Position numbers and translations under genes: made by a program
Shown: piece by piece, positions 40,088 to 50,442 of the stretch
Layout: the number at the start of each line of letters is the position of its first letter
Position numbering within the stretch: position 1 is the first letter of the stretch
From: a virus
Lineage: Duplodnaviria; Caudoviricetes
Length of the DNA stretch: 64,000 nucleotides
IMG/VR virus record: IMGVR_UViG_3300013121_000020
Location: 192,001-256,000 of that record
Reading direction: 5' to 3' (one strand)
The notes under the pieces: generated by a model
Database searches by the model: none
Told to the model about the DNA's origin: nothing
The model's input: only the letters and a program-made list of their open reading frames with translations

Positions 40088-41245
40088 ATGGAACACGAAT
40101 ACATTAAATCAATCGTCAGCAAAACGAAACTTGATCCGAGACCGTATCAGTTTCGAATTGTACACAAGACCAACGACATGTTCATGGGCCGATACCGCAA
40201 TGGTGCTGGTCATCTAGAACCCAACGCACGATCTGTGCTGATTGAAAGTCCAACCGGCAGCGGCAAAACCTGCATGGGCTGGTTAGTTGCCAAATGCATG
40301 CAGCAAGAAATTTCCGATCTTGCAGTTGGATGGGTCTCCATGCGCCGTCCCCTTCTCCATCAAGCAGCACTTGAGAATATGGAGAAGCAGATTGGTGTTA
40401 AGAATGTCCACATGATCAGCATGTTTAATAAAAATCCTAGCGAACTTAAAAAATCTGGTCGAAAAGTCTTGCTCGTCGTGGATGAGGCACAGCACGATGC
40501 CGCAAGTTCGATGGCACATCTCCATAACATCATCGAACCAGATTACATTCTTGGACTATCTGCAACCCCATTCAGAACAGACAGAGTCAAACTGTGTTTT
40601 GACAAAGTATTGAAAGATGCTGGTATCCACCAGCTGATTCAAGATGAATATTTGTCAAAATATGATCATTACACGGTCCCGAATTGGAATGTGGAAACGG
40701 TCACGGAGACATACCTCCGTGAACCAAAACGGTGGGGTAAGTCACTGTTCTATTTCGTTAACCTGGAGCAATGTTATCAGTGTCACCGAATCTTGTGTGA
40801 TAATGGAATTGCGGCCGATGTTGTGACCAGTCACACTGATATCGACGCACAACTATCGTCGTTTGAATCTGGTGAGACTAAAGTTCTGATCAACTGTGCG
40901 AAGCTAACAGAAGGCTTTAATGCACCAGACCTTCAAACCGTATTCGTGCGAGATTCTGGAAAAGGTTGCACCATCCAGATGGCCGGAAGAGTGTTCAGAA
41001 AACATGACAATATCAGAACGAAACAGGTCGTGCAATCAAAACTTACTCGCTGGCCAATGATCAGGACTGCGTTGCCAGAACAACAGTACATTTGGCAAGA
41101 GAATGCATGGCTAAGTTTAACTGTCAACCCAAAACTCAGTTTAATCAATAAAAATGCAAGGCTTGCCATTGCTTCTGTCGAAGTAGAACTTCCGAAATTT
41201 ATCACGATGCCGAAACAGCGGCGTCGATTTCGTGCACGCCGGTAA
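40088..41245 (+). CDS. Superfamily 2 DExH helicase
   Basis: SPTGSGKT, VVDEAQH, GLSATPFR, LTEGFNAP, QMAGRVFR. Confidence 0.9.
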   Translation: MEHEYIKSIVSKTKLDPRPYQFRIVHKTNDMFMGRYRNGAGHLEPNARSVLIESPTGSGKTCMGWLVAKCMQQEISDLAVGWVSMRRPLLHQAALENMEKQIGVKNVHMISMFNKNPSELKKSGRKVLLVVDEAQHDAASSMAHLHNIIEPDYILGLSATPFRTDRVKLCFDKVLKDAGIHQLIQDEYLSKYDHYTVPNWNVETVTETYLREPKRWGKSLFYFVNLEQCYQCHRILCDNGIAADVVTSHTDIDAQLSSFESGETKVLINCAKLTEGFNAPDLQTVFVRDSGKGCTIQMAGRVFRKHDNIRTKQVVQSKLTRWPMIRTALPEQQYIWQENAWLSLTVNPKLSLINKNARLAIASVEVELPKFITMPKQRRRFRARR

Positions 41246-41258
41246 GAAAGGTAACAAA

Positions 41259-41438
41259 ATGAAAAAGACATGCATTATTTGTGGTGCTGAGATTCCACAA
41301 GAACGACTTGAAATACTGCCAGATGTGCAATTATGCGTACGATGTGCGGAGGCAAACCCTCCGCCTCCCAGAGATCCTAATAGTGTCTGTGCACGATCTG
41401 CATCATCTGGCCGCAATGGGTTTGCTGTGAGCGATTAA
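41259..41438 (+). CDS. TraR/DksA-type C4 zinc-finger protein
   Basis: CIICGAEIPQERLEILPDVQLCVRC. Confidence 0.8.
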   Translation: MKKTCIICGAEIPQERLEILPDVQLCVRCAEANPPPPRDPNSVCARSASSGRNGFAVSD

Positions 41439-41522
41439 GACTCTCCGGAAGTATTAACGGCTGTGGCACGCTTGCCACAAGTATATGGGACCTGGACCGA
41501 TTTTACCACATGAGGATTGCCG

Positions 41523-42713
41523 ATGACCGCCGCGATTGCCGACACCGATCTGACGTTTGATTACACCTTCATGCCGATCAGCGACCTAAAAGTTGAAACC
41601 ACCGAAGACCCAAAGACTGGTCGAAAGCGGGTCGAGAAAGTCATCGTTCAAGATGAACCACTTAAACCAACAGAACGCTTCTGGACCAGTCTTTATTCAC
41701 GGTATGGGTTCAATTCGGCATTCATGAAATATTTCGAACACGAAGAAGTGTTCGACCGAATCAGCAAGATCGAATCCAACGACCGGATGCGGCTGTGCAT
41801 CGAACGCGACAGTGCAGGAAATGGTACGCTCCTGGGTGTTAGCAACCCAAGCAAACCGATCGTTGTGTTTGATGAACTCATGGGGCTGTTGAATCGATAC
41901 AATTGTCAAGATGTGTCGTACTGCAATGGGATCGCTGAGTCGATCCACACCCCACGAATTGGCGCAAACAAATTCATGATTGGCGGTGACGAATTCATCA
42001 ACAAATTCATGATGGCAACCCCAATCGATGGTTATGGCGGACCAAGCATTTATCTCAGTCTGCTACGCATGATCTGCAGCAACGGCGTCATCGGTTATGC
42101 AAAAACATTTCGGTCTGGACTATCTCTCGGAAAGGGGGAAGACAATGTTGGTCCATCCCTCACCCGAGCGCTGGATGGTTTCAACAATGAAGAAGGATAT
42201 GCCGCACTGCGACAGCGAATGGAAAGTGCGGTAACGTCATGGGCAAGTGTTTATGAAGCAACTTGCCTCTATCGATTGGTAACCAAATTGTACAGTTCCA
42301 ACATGATCGATGATCTTGGTGGAGTAACCCCTAAAGGGGCGCACAACATCCGACAACTGATGTACTCCCCATCTGACGGGAAAATCGATGGAATCGAAGG
42401 AGTCGGGTCATTGTTGCTGCTGGCATTCCACAAGATGACCGGCGACACAAGCAAGATTTATGGTCTTGCCAATCTCGATGCGTTGTCAGTGAAGAGACAG
42501 CGCACGTTGCCGGTCAAATGCACCGTGTACGATCTGGTGAATTTTGCGACCGAAATCTCAACCCATTACGCGACACCTGCTGGGGCGCGTCAACTGCAAG
42601 CGTGGGTTGGTGGTATCGTGTCGGAAGAATTCGACATGGAAGGGACTCGCGACAAATTCGATTCGTTTGCCGATTTCCATCTGCAACAGGCAACCGATCT
42701 TGACAATGACTGA
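41523..42713 (+). CDS. DUF932-like protein
   Basis: DGYGG..LLRMICSNG motif, YDLVNFATE. Confidence 0.5.
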   Translation: MTAAIADTDLTFDYTFMPISDLKVETTEDPKTGRKRVEKVIVQDEPLKPTERFWTSLYSRYGFNSAFMKYFEHEEVFDRISKIESNDRMRLCIERDSAGNGTLLGVSNPSKPIVVFDELMGLLNRYNCQDVSYCNGIAESIHTPRIGANKFMIGGDEFINKFMMATPIDGYGGPSIYLSLLRMICSNGVIGYAKTFRSGLSLGKGEDNVGPSLTRALDGFNNEEGYAALRQRMESAVTSWASVYEATCLYRLVTKLYSSNMIDDLGGVTPKGAHNIRQLMYSPSDGKIDGIEGVGSLLLLAFHKMTGDTSKIYGLANLDALSVKRQRTLPVKCTVYDLVNFATEISTHYATPAGARQLQAWVGGIVSEEFDMEGTRDKFDSFADFHLQQATDLDND

Positions 42714-42724
42714 TCGATAAATTC

Positions 42725-42755
42725 GGGTCCGCCACCAATAATCGGTGGCGGACCC
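42725..42755 (+). terminator. Hairpin
   Basis: GGGTCCGCCACC-N7-GGTGGCGGACCC after gene end. Confidence 0.6.
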
Positions 42756-43162
42756 CTTGCATAGGAATACACATGACACATTCAGAAGCGTTTTCATTGG
42801 GTCGCACCGCGCTTGCAATGTGCGGATATATCGCATTTGGCGATGTTCGTTCGATTGAACTAAGAATAAATGCAGCACAAGCCGAATGCGAAACCCTCAC
42901 AGGAATTATCAAAGCATTGGCTCCATACCGAGATAAAGAATCGAACAAAATGCGAGCCACCACACGACAGCAAATTAAATTGTGGAAGAAAGCAATCGCA
43001 CACGCACGATCATACATCAAAGACCTCTTGAAAATGTCCGATAATGAGATAAAAGAATTGAATAATAAACTGCCGACTACTGGTACCGAACGGGTCTAAC
43101 CGTTGCCAGTACATTTACCACTCTCACCAGTCCGCCACACTCTATGGAGTGGAGAACATCAT

Positions 43163-43519
43163 ATGGATACTAAAATGTTGACACTTTTCAAAACGCTCTG
43201 CGCCACTGATTGGAAACACCGACCGCACCACGAATTAATCATCCTTGGAACCGGCACCAAAGAAGAACTTCTCAAACTCCAAGACGAAGATGTGAAACGG
43301 TGGCAAGCCACCGATATTGTCATTGACAAGGAACATGCCGCAGAACTTGAAGAAAGCGACATCAGCAAATACGTCCCCGAAACATGGGAACGAATTGGAG
43401 GACATTTCGAAGTCCAACGATGGGAAATGGACCGTAAAGACCCACAAGAATGTCGCAAATTCACAGGCTTTTGTGAAGGCGATTCCTGGTCCATCGTATA
43501 CCACATTAAATCACTCTAG
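43163..43519 (+). CDS. Hypothetical protein
   Basis: GGAG RBS; motif promoter at 43114 places the start at ATG 43163. Confidence 0.55.
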   Translation: MDTKMLTLFKTLCATDWKHRPHHELIILGTGTKEELLKLQDEDVKRWQATDIVIDKEHAAELEESDISKYVPETWERIGGHFEVQRWEMDRKDPQECRKFTGFCEGDSWSIVYHIKSL

Positions 43520-44063
43520 AAAAAGAGAAAACATGAGAAAACACAAAATTGGACAACGTGTCAGAGTCGTTATGGGTGTGAACGCTGGTATGCTCGCCAC
43601 CATCGTTTCAATGGCACGCATCTCCATCAAAGGGTGTGGTACACCGAACATTGGAAGAGGTCACTACAAACCAATAACTAAAAACGATAGAGCAATTCAA
43701 TATGTTGATGGCACATTCGATGTGCATGATGTTGGGAATCTAAAAATTATTCCAAATGGGAAATACACATGAGGTAATTAATGAGTAAGCAAATCAAGCC
43801 GGGGCGGACAATCTACTGGTGGATGGATAGTGGGGCTAATATCCATTCATGCAATCGCGGAGAAATCACATTAGATGAACTTGGTATCACTGACGATGAA
43901 TGGAATGCGATGAGTGAAAAAGAACGTGAAGAGGTTATGAGGGATGTTGCGTTCATGCAAGTCGATTGGGGCTTCAGTGAAACCAAACCAGATACCCATT
44001 GATGGAATTAGTCTAATATGACCGCCATCAACGACCAATAACTCACCGGAGGGGCTAGACCAG

Positions 44064-44399
44064 ATGAAACCATTCTATGGTATTGTGGAACTTGAAAATG
44101 GTCTCACCATCAATTGGATGAGATTCGCAGGTTCAGAAGAAGACGCCATTAAATTGGTTCGAGCACAACATGTACATGTTGTACGTTGTGAAACCACGCA
44201 CTTGCATTTCTAATGGTATAGAGACAAAGGCCGAGGCCAAGAGGTAGCTGACGCCACCAACGCAATCCAGGACATGGTTGGTACTTGGCCCATCGCTCGA
44301 TTGCCGGTTACGAGAGAAAACGAACTCAAAGTGTGGGAACATTTAATTAAGACATATGGTGTCAATGCCACGCTTGAAAATAGAGAGTACATTAATTAA
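44064..44399 (+). pseudogene. Probable nonsense-interrupted gene
   Basis: GGAGG RBS, ATG 44064, single in-frame TAA at 44211, frame stays open to TAA 44397-44399. Confidence 0.4.
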
Positions 44400-45615
44400 T
44401 GCACCAGTTTTTCGATGAAGGTTGATAGTGGTATTTTAAAGTGGTTCCATTAATTCAGTTTCATGGTTGGGCTGGCAAGCCACACAAAGAATGGCCAGAG
44501 GATTTGCCAGCACTTTTTGGCTCATGCTTCTGAGATTCGAAAATTAAAGTAAGCACATCTCAGAAAACCAACTCAACACAAACGACCAAGAGTTAACGAT
44601 AGTTAACTCTCTGCCACAACTGGTATGAACCGACAACCACAGAGAGAACCATGACCGCCATCCAATTAAAACAGTTCATCAACCGAATCCTTGGAATTCC
44701 AAAGTCCAAACTTCGCGCCACAAGCGGAGACCGATACTGTCACGTAACTATCATCCCAGAACGCCGACACCGACAAGATTTTAAAGAACCCATCCGTTAC
44801 GCATACCAATTCACACCGGAACTTGGGAATCGCTGCATGCGGATAGTCTATAAAGGACATGAATCGCTTTGTGCACAGAATTGGGGCGGAAACATCACCA
44901 GTCACAGCATCGCCATGCTTTCCCATGAATGGAAGGAATTGATCGAACAATATGAACATCAAAACACTGAAAACAAAATGGCGTAAACAAATTGTCAAGA
45001 AAGCCGAAAAACTTGACAAAGAATCAAACCATGGAGGCCACGACTGGCACTCCATCTGGGTCGGGTTCGTAATCGCTTTAGAGCGACCGGACCTAACCAG
45101 TCACGAAAAGTATATGGAATACGGATTCCCAGAAGAACAGAACAAACAATGAACAAATACAGGATTTCGCCATGAAAGTATGCGACATCATTAGCGTTGT
45201 GCAACGGTTCCCAGAGAATTGGGACCTGTTCAATTTAATGTGGTGGTGTGGATTAAACCACGAATACCGAACCTAACTAGTCACGAACGCCATTCTCTAT
45301 GAACACTACACCGCACCAAAACCTCAGGAAATAAAATAATGTTTTATTACTTAACTGTTAAATATGACATCCAACATCTTCAACTAAGCGGAACATCAAG
45401 ACTTCATGGGCCATTCGCAACTGAAGATCAAAGAATTTCACACTTCTTAGAGAATATTACAGAACGCGACCTCGAAACAGATGAAATCTTGAACACCACA
45501 TTTCTAACCATAAAAGAAGATAGGAGTTTAGTGCGAGAAAAGTCGTGGATCGTAAATGGAGACGACCCGCTTGATATGGGCGACTAACAACCTTATAATT
45601 ATTCAAGGAGAAATC

Positions 45616-46044
45616 ATGACAACCAAAATCAACTATGATCAAATGATAGAAGCCTGCCGACACCTATCAGAACGCAACAAAAACGGCAGCTGGCCAAAAA
45701 TCCCAGAAATCTTCGAAAAAATCCGAGAACAACACAACATCGACAAAACCGACATAAACTGGCCACTAATCGTCGAATGGATCGTCTATCAATCCGCCAT
45801 CGACTACCTCTCCCAAACCACCCTCAATTGGACAATCGTCCACGACAAAACCATCAGCTGGTGGAAAGCAGATACGCCAAACGGACCATACCTAATCTTC
45901 CGAAAACTGGAAGATCAATGGCGACACTCATGGACCGCCCCAAACCTAGACAGCGGCACCACCCTCACACTCGAAGAAGCAAAAGAAGCCGCACAACAAC
46001 ACTTTAACAACCAAACCAAAATGAACGACTCAACACCACATTAA
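45616..46044 (+). CDS. Hypothetical protein
   Basis: AAGGAG RBS; C-terminal TLEEAKEAAQQHF. Confidence 0.6.
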   Translation: MTTKINYDQMIEACRHLSERNKNGSWPKIPEIFEKIREQHNIDKTDINWPLIVEWIVYQSAIDYLSQTTLNWTIVHDKTISWWKADTPNGPYLIFRKLEDQWRHSWTAPNLDSGTTLTLEEAKEAAQQHFNNQTKMNDSTPH

Positions 46045-46101
46045 CAGCCAGACCAACCCCAGCCACACACAAGCAGAACAAGCCACCAACCGGAGAATAA
46101 A

Positions 46102-46377
46102 ATGCGGTTACAACAAACAACCCCCATCTTCGTAACCGGACAAGACGGCACCTCCAAAATGACACTCGGAGGCCTCTTCGACGCCATCGTCGGCGGCACG
46201 AAATGGGAAGATATCGAAATCACCACAGACAAAAAAGAAAGCGAGGAAAACGAAAAGAAACGCCTCGTCATCAAAAACGTCATCAAACTCGTCCAACAAA
46301 TGTCCACACACCAAGCAGAAACTATCCTCCGAGCCATCGACACACTAATCCAAAACCCACGAGAAAACAATGACTGA
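46102..46377 (+). CDS. Hypothetical protein
   Basis: GGAG RBS; motif promoter at 46041. Confidence 0.55.
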   Translation: MRLQQTTPIFVTGQDGTSKMTLGGLFDAIVGGTKWEDIEITTDKKESEENEKKRLVIKNVIKLVQQMSTHQAETILRAIDTLIQNPRENND

Positions 46378-46429
46378 AGTAAAAACCACACTCTGCACCG
46401 CGACACCACCCAAATAATATGGACCAACC

Positions 46430-47260
46430 ATGAATGACACACAACCATTCATCGACACAATCATCAACGACCCAAACGCAGACGGCCCAAAACTCGTCCT
46501 CGCAGACTGGCTAGAAGAACAAGGAGACCCACGAGCCAAATGGATACGATGGTGGCTAGGCCCACTCACAACCGCAGCAAAAACAGCCATCACAAACGCA
46601 AAACCAAAAACCAACTTCAGCTTCACCACCAAAGACCTACCACACGACCAACTACTCGGCTCACTAATCATCGACCTATCATGGCGACACATCATCATGC
46701 CAAACAACAAAACACTAGCAGAAACAGCCGACCATCACATCAACATCACAAACACAGCCGCCATCCTACGATGGCTCAACCTCATCAACCAACAACAAAT
46801 AACCACAATAACAGAACACACAACCAAAATATTAGAAAAAACAATCACAGCAAAAGACAACGCAACCATGAAATGGCACCAAGCAGCCTCAGAATGGCAC
46901 CACACACACAACCACACAACCAAACTCAACAATGCAATCGCCGCAAAAGACCACGCAACCGCAACATGGCACCAAACAACCACAATCTGGCACCAAGCAA
47001 TCGCCGCAAGAGACCAAATAGACGCACCCTGGCACCAAGTCGCCGCAACCATGAACCACATAGAAGCCGCAATGAAACAAGCAGACGCAGAATGGCACCA
47101 ACTCGCCGCAACCACAAACCAAATAAAAGCACCAGCCGCAACACTAAACCAAACAACAATAACAGGAACCAAAATACACGGCCAAATCACAGCAATATAC
47201 AAAACCGCAAAAAACCTCGCCAAAAAGACAAAACTCACCGACCCACGCAAAACCCACTAA
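46430..47260 (+). CDS. TIGR02996 domain protein with WHQ helical repeats
   Basis: FIDTIINDPNADGPKLVLADWLEEQGDPRAKWIR; repeated xxWHQ. Confidence 0.75.
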   Translation: MNDTQPFIDTIINDPNADGPKLVLADWLEEQGDPRAKWIRWWLGPLTTAAKTAITNAKPKTNFSFTTKDLPHDQLLGSLIIDLSWRHIIMPNNKTLAETADHHINITNTAAILRWLNLINQQQITTITEHTTKILEKTITAKDNATMKWHQAASEWHHTHNHTTKLNNAIAAKDHATATWHQTTTIWHQAIAARDQIDAPWHQVAATMNHIEAAMKQADAEWHQLAATTNQIKAPAATLNQTTITGTKIHGQITAIYKTAKNLAKKTKLTDPRKTH

Positions 47261-47871
47261 CCCAAACCCAACGGAAAACCAACCATAATCTTATTCTTAA
47301 AATCACCCCCAAGCCTCCGCCTATACCAACCCAACCCCGGCAACCTACCAGACGGATCACCACCCAACCACTCAATATCCTTCCCCAAAACCCGCCTCAC
47401 AACCTCAGGATCAGTCACAACATTAACACCACGACGCAACAAAACCGCCGCCAAAGCATCACTAACCTCACCATAATAACCAGAAGAACCAAAATCACCA
47501 ACCTTCCTCGACACCAACGCATCCTTCGCCACCCTCGACCCATCAGTAGCACTCGCCACACCCTTCTCCCCAAACCGCGTCAACTTACTAACAATCGTAG
47601 CATCAGCAACCCGATCATCATCAACATCAATCGCATACACCACAAACCCCCGATCCCTACACGCATCCAACAAATCACCAGAAGACCTAAAATCAACATG
47701 CCCCCCAATCCCCCCATAACTAACATCAATCAACCTAAACAACTCATCAGCCAAAGAAGGATCCGCATCAACATCACCAGGACCAACAACAACCCAACGA
47801 TCCCTCACACCAAAATGCCCAGCAAAATCCTCACCAAGCACCCGATCAAGAACAACATCAAACAACCTCAT
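47257..47871 (-). CDS. Hypothetical phage protein
   Basis: GAGG RBS before MRLFD; motifs SYxxIGGH, YxEVS, GWYxRxLGG..KIMVGxP. Confidence 0.65.
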   Translation of the reverse strand: MRLFDVVLDRVLGEDFAGHFGVRDRWVVVGPGDVDADPSLADELFRLIDVSYGGIGGHVDFRSSGDLLDACRDRGFVVYAIDVDDDRVADATIVSKLTRFGEKGVASATDGSRVAKDALVSRKVGDFGSSGYYGEVSDALAAVLLRRGVNVVTDPEVVRRVLGKDIEWLGGDPSGRLPGLGWYRRRLGGDFKNKIMVGFPLGLG

Positions 47872-47969
47872 AACACACCCCCTCTCCCCATACATTTGCC
47901 ACCACACATTTACCACACCCCCCACCCCCGCCACACACCACCACACAACCAAAAAGAAGGAGAAGAAAA

Positions 47970-48137
47970 ATGAACAACCAACAAACAAACATCGACATCG
48001 ACCAACAACTCCAACAAGAACTCCAAACCCTCCAACACCAACTCCAAACCCACCAACTCACACCATACCAACAAGAAATAACACAACAACTCATCAACGA
48101 CATAATACACACAATCAACACACAACGTATTAAATAA
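47970..48137 (+). CDS. Small Gln-rich protein (55 aa, not in the ORF track)
   Basis: AAGGAG RBS and motif promoter at 47909. Confidence 0.5.
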   Translation: MNNQQTNIDIDQQLQQELQTLQHQLQTHQLTPYQQEITQQLINDIIHTINTQRIK

Positions 48138-48419
48138 AAAACAAACACCCAAAACCAAAAAGGAACAACAAAATGGAAGACAACCCAAAATTCACCATCA
48201 ACCGCATGGACAACATCATCACAATCACCATAAACAAACCAATGGCAGAAGACATCCTAGAAATCATGGACGACTTCACAGACCTACGACCCCACGAATA
48301 CGCACTAAGAGAACAACTAAGAAACATAACCGAAGGAAAACCAGCAAAACCCACAGCAAAATTCAGCAAAACCCACTAGTACACAAATGTACCCACCACA
48401 AAACCACAAAATCCCGCAT

Positions 48420-48650
48420 ATTCCCTTGTACATTGATATATATTATACAATTGTGCCTCGTAATACGCGGTAATACCACAACGAGCGTGGGACAATTTAC
48501 ACCCATCCCACGCTCGCCACATCCCATCACTCGATCATCAACTCACCACACAAGAGGGGCGATGAGAATTGTAGATGCTGATTTTTACCCCCTGATAAGG
48601 GCTTTCTTATTCACGAAGCTACACTTCAGGAATGGGAATGTACATTGAAG
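48420..48650. other. Strand-composition switch point (candidate replication origin or genome end junction)
   Basis: + strand is A/C-dominated to the left and G/T-dominated to the right; contains an AT-rich patch and an 11-bp IR (48482-48516). Confidence 0.55.
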
Positions 48651-49121
48651 AAGGCGGTTGCACAACGTATCGATGAGTTGAAGCAGAACGATAGTATGGG
48701 AGATTCTGTTATGGTGTCTGATCCTCCTGTTTTGTTTATTGATGTTGGTGGGCGGGTTGGATATGTGGCAGTGAGTGATCTTAAGGATGCGATTGCTCTT
48801 GATGATTGGTTGATTGGTGGGTTTTTGGTGGCGAAGATGTCTTATTGCCCAGCGGAACCTGAGTTGCCGCGAGAGCCGGGTGTAGATAATGTTGTTGTGT
48901 TTCCGCAGTTAAATAGTGAAATTGGGAAGTTTTGTGCTGAGATTAGAAAGAGGTTGAAATTGTGAGTCGTCCTACTGTTTATCAGGTGGTGAAGCTTCCG
49001 AGGGTGTCTCGTAAGCCTCGGAAGCATACTGGTGTTGCGTATCGTAGGGTTGGTAGGAAGTTGGTGGTGTTTCATTTGATGGCACCTAGGATGATGTTGC
49101 GATGTTCTGAGGGGTGAAGGT

Positions 49122-49889
49122 ATGTTGATTGATTATGTTGATGGTCCTGTTGCTGGTGGTCGTCGTCCGCGTTTGTATTTTGTGCGGAATGGGGAGGTTC
49201 GTAAGTTTGCTGGTGAGTCTATTGATGGTTGGTGTGTGGTGTTGAGGAAGTGGCGTGATGATACAATGTCATCGTGTGGTACGTCGCATCTGTTTATTAT
49301 TGAACTTGCGCCGGATGTGAAGCCGTTGGAGTTGTTGTCTCCGTTGTATGGTATTTGGGGGCAGGATTTTAAGTCATGGGATGATGTGGTTTCTCATTTG
49401 CGGCTTCCGGTTGATGTTGTTCGTGGGATTGTTGGTGATGAGTATCCTGAGACTGCGGCGCGTCTTGATGAGATTGCGGCGTTTGCGAGTGTGAATGATG
49501 AGTTTGAGTTGGTGAATATTGTGTTTGGGTCTTCTGGGGATGCTAGTTTTTGGGTTGAGCCTAAGTCTGCGGTGTCGTCTTCTGGGCGGGTTGTGGTTGC
49601 TGAGTTGATTGATTGTGAGGTTGGGTGGAGGCATGGGAATGTGCGAGTTCCTGATGATTGTAAGGTTGTTGATGTGAGGTATAGTCGTGAGTGGACGGTT
49701 ATTGTTCAGGTGGCGGTTCCTGTTGGTGGTGGTGCGGATGTTGGTGAGCTTGTTCGTTGGTTGCGGTTGTTGAAGGATAGGATTGCGATTTCTGTTGTTG
49801 ATGGTGGGAAGATTTTGAGAGTGGTGAATGTTATTGAGTGTGTTAAGGATAATGCGATTATTATTACGGCAGCGCCAAATGGGTCTTGA
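49122..49889 (+). CDS. Hypothetical protein
   Basis: 255 aa, GAGG RBS; Val/Gly-rich due to the skew. Confidence 0.6.
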   Translation: MLIDYVDGPVAGGRRPRLYFVRNGEVRKFAGESIDGWCVVLRKWRDDTMSSCGTSHLFIIELAPDVKPLELLSPLYGIWGQDFKSWDDVVSHLRLPVDVVRGIVGDEYPETAARLDEIAAFASVNDEFELVNIVFGSSGDASFWVEPKSAVSSSGRVVVAELIDCEVGWRHGNVRVPDDCKVVDVRYSREWTVIVQVAVPVGGGADVGELVRWLRLLKDRIAISVVDGGKILRVVNVIECVKDNAIIITAAPNGS

Positions 49890-50370
49890 TTTCCAGGGCG
49901 GAAATCGGGTGTGTATGGGGGTGTATGATGGCTGTTACTGTTGTGGGGCAGGCTGGTGGTGGTAAGAAGGTTGTGTGTAAGAAGTGTGGGGCTGTGCTTA
50001 AGTATTGGCCTGTGGATGTGAAGTGTGTGAGAGGTTGTGATGGTGTTGGGTCTCATAAGGTGATTAAGTGTCCTAAGTGTGGTGGTAGTGTTTATGTGCG
50101 TGATTTTGGGTCGTGTTTGGATTGATGGGGTGTTGTATGAGTCCTAGTGCGAAGCGTGGGTTTGATGCGATTCAGGGTTATTTTAGTCGTGATGTGTCTG
50201 ATTTTCGCAGTCCTGGTGATTATCCTCCGAATGTGGTTGAGGCGTTGTTGAAGGATTTGGTGTGTTATTGTGATGAGTATGGTGTTGATTTTGATGGTGC
50301 TGTGAGTCGTGTGCGTGTGGGTGTTGGTCGGTGTGTTGGTGATGATGAGGTTACTGGTTTTTGATTTTTT

Positions 50371-50442
50371 GGGGCTGAAGCTCAATGGTAGAGCAGGGTG
50401 CTCATAACTCCTTGGAAGTGGGTTCGATTCCCACCGGCCCCA
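50371..50442 (+). tRNA. tRNA with CAT anticodon (Met or Ile2)
   Basis: GGGGCTG/CGGCCCC acceptor, GCTC-AATGGTA-GAGC D arm, CTCATAA loop, GTGGG-TTCGATT-CCCAC T arm; CCA not encoded. Confidence 0.9.

Noticed and set aside
46540-47973. 477-aa + strand ORF and other long overlapping ORFs in 45.6-53 kb
   Set aside because: Shadow frames: stop codons are rare in A/C-only sequence; low-complexity translation; they overlap better-supported genes with RBS and motifs
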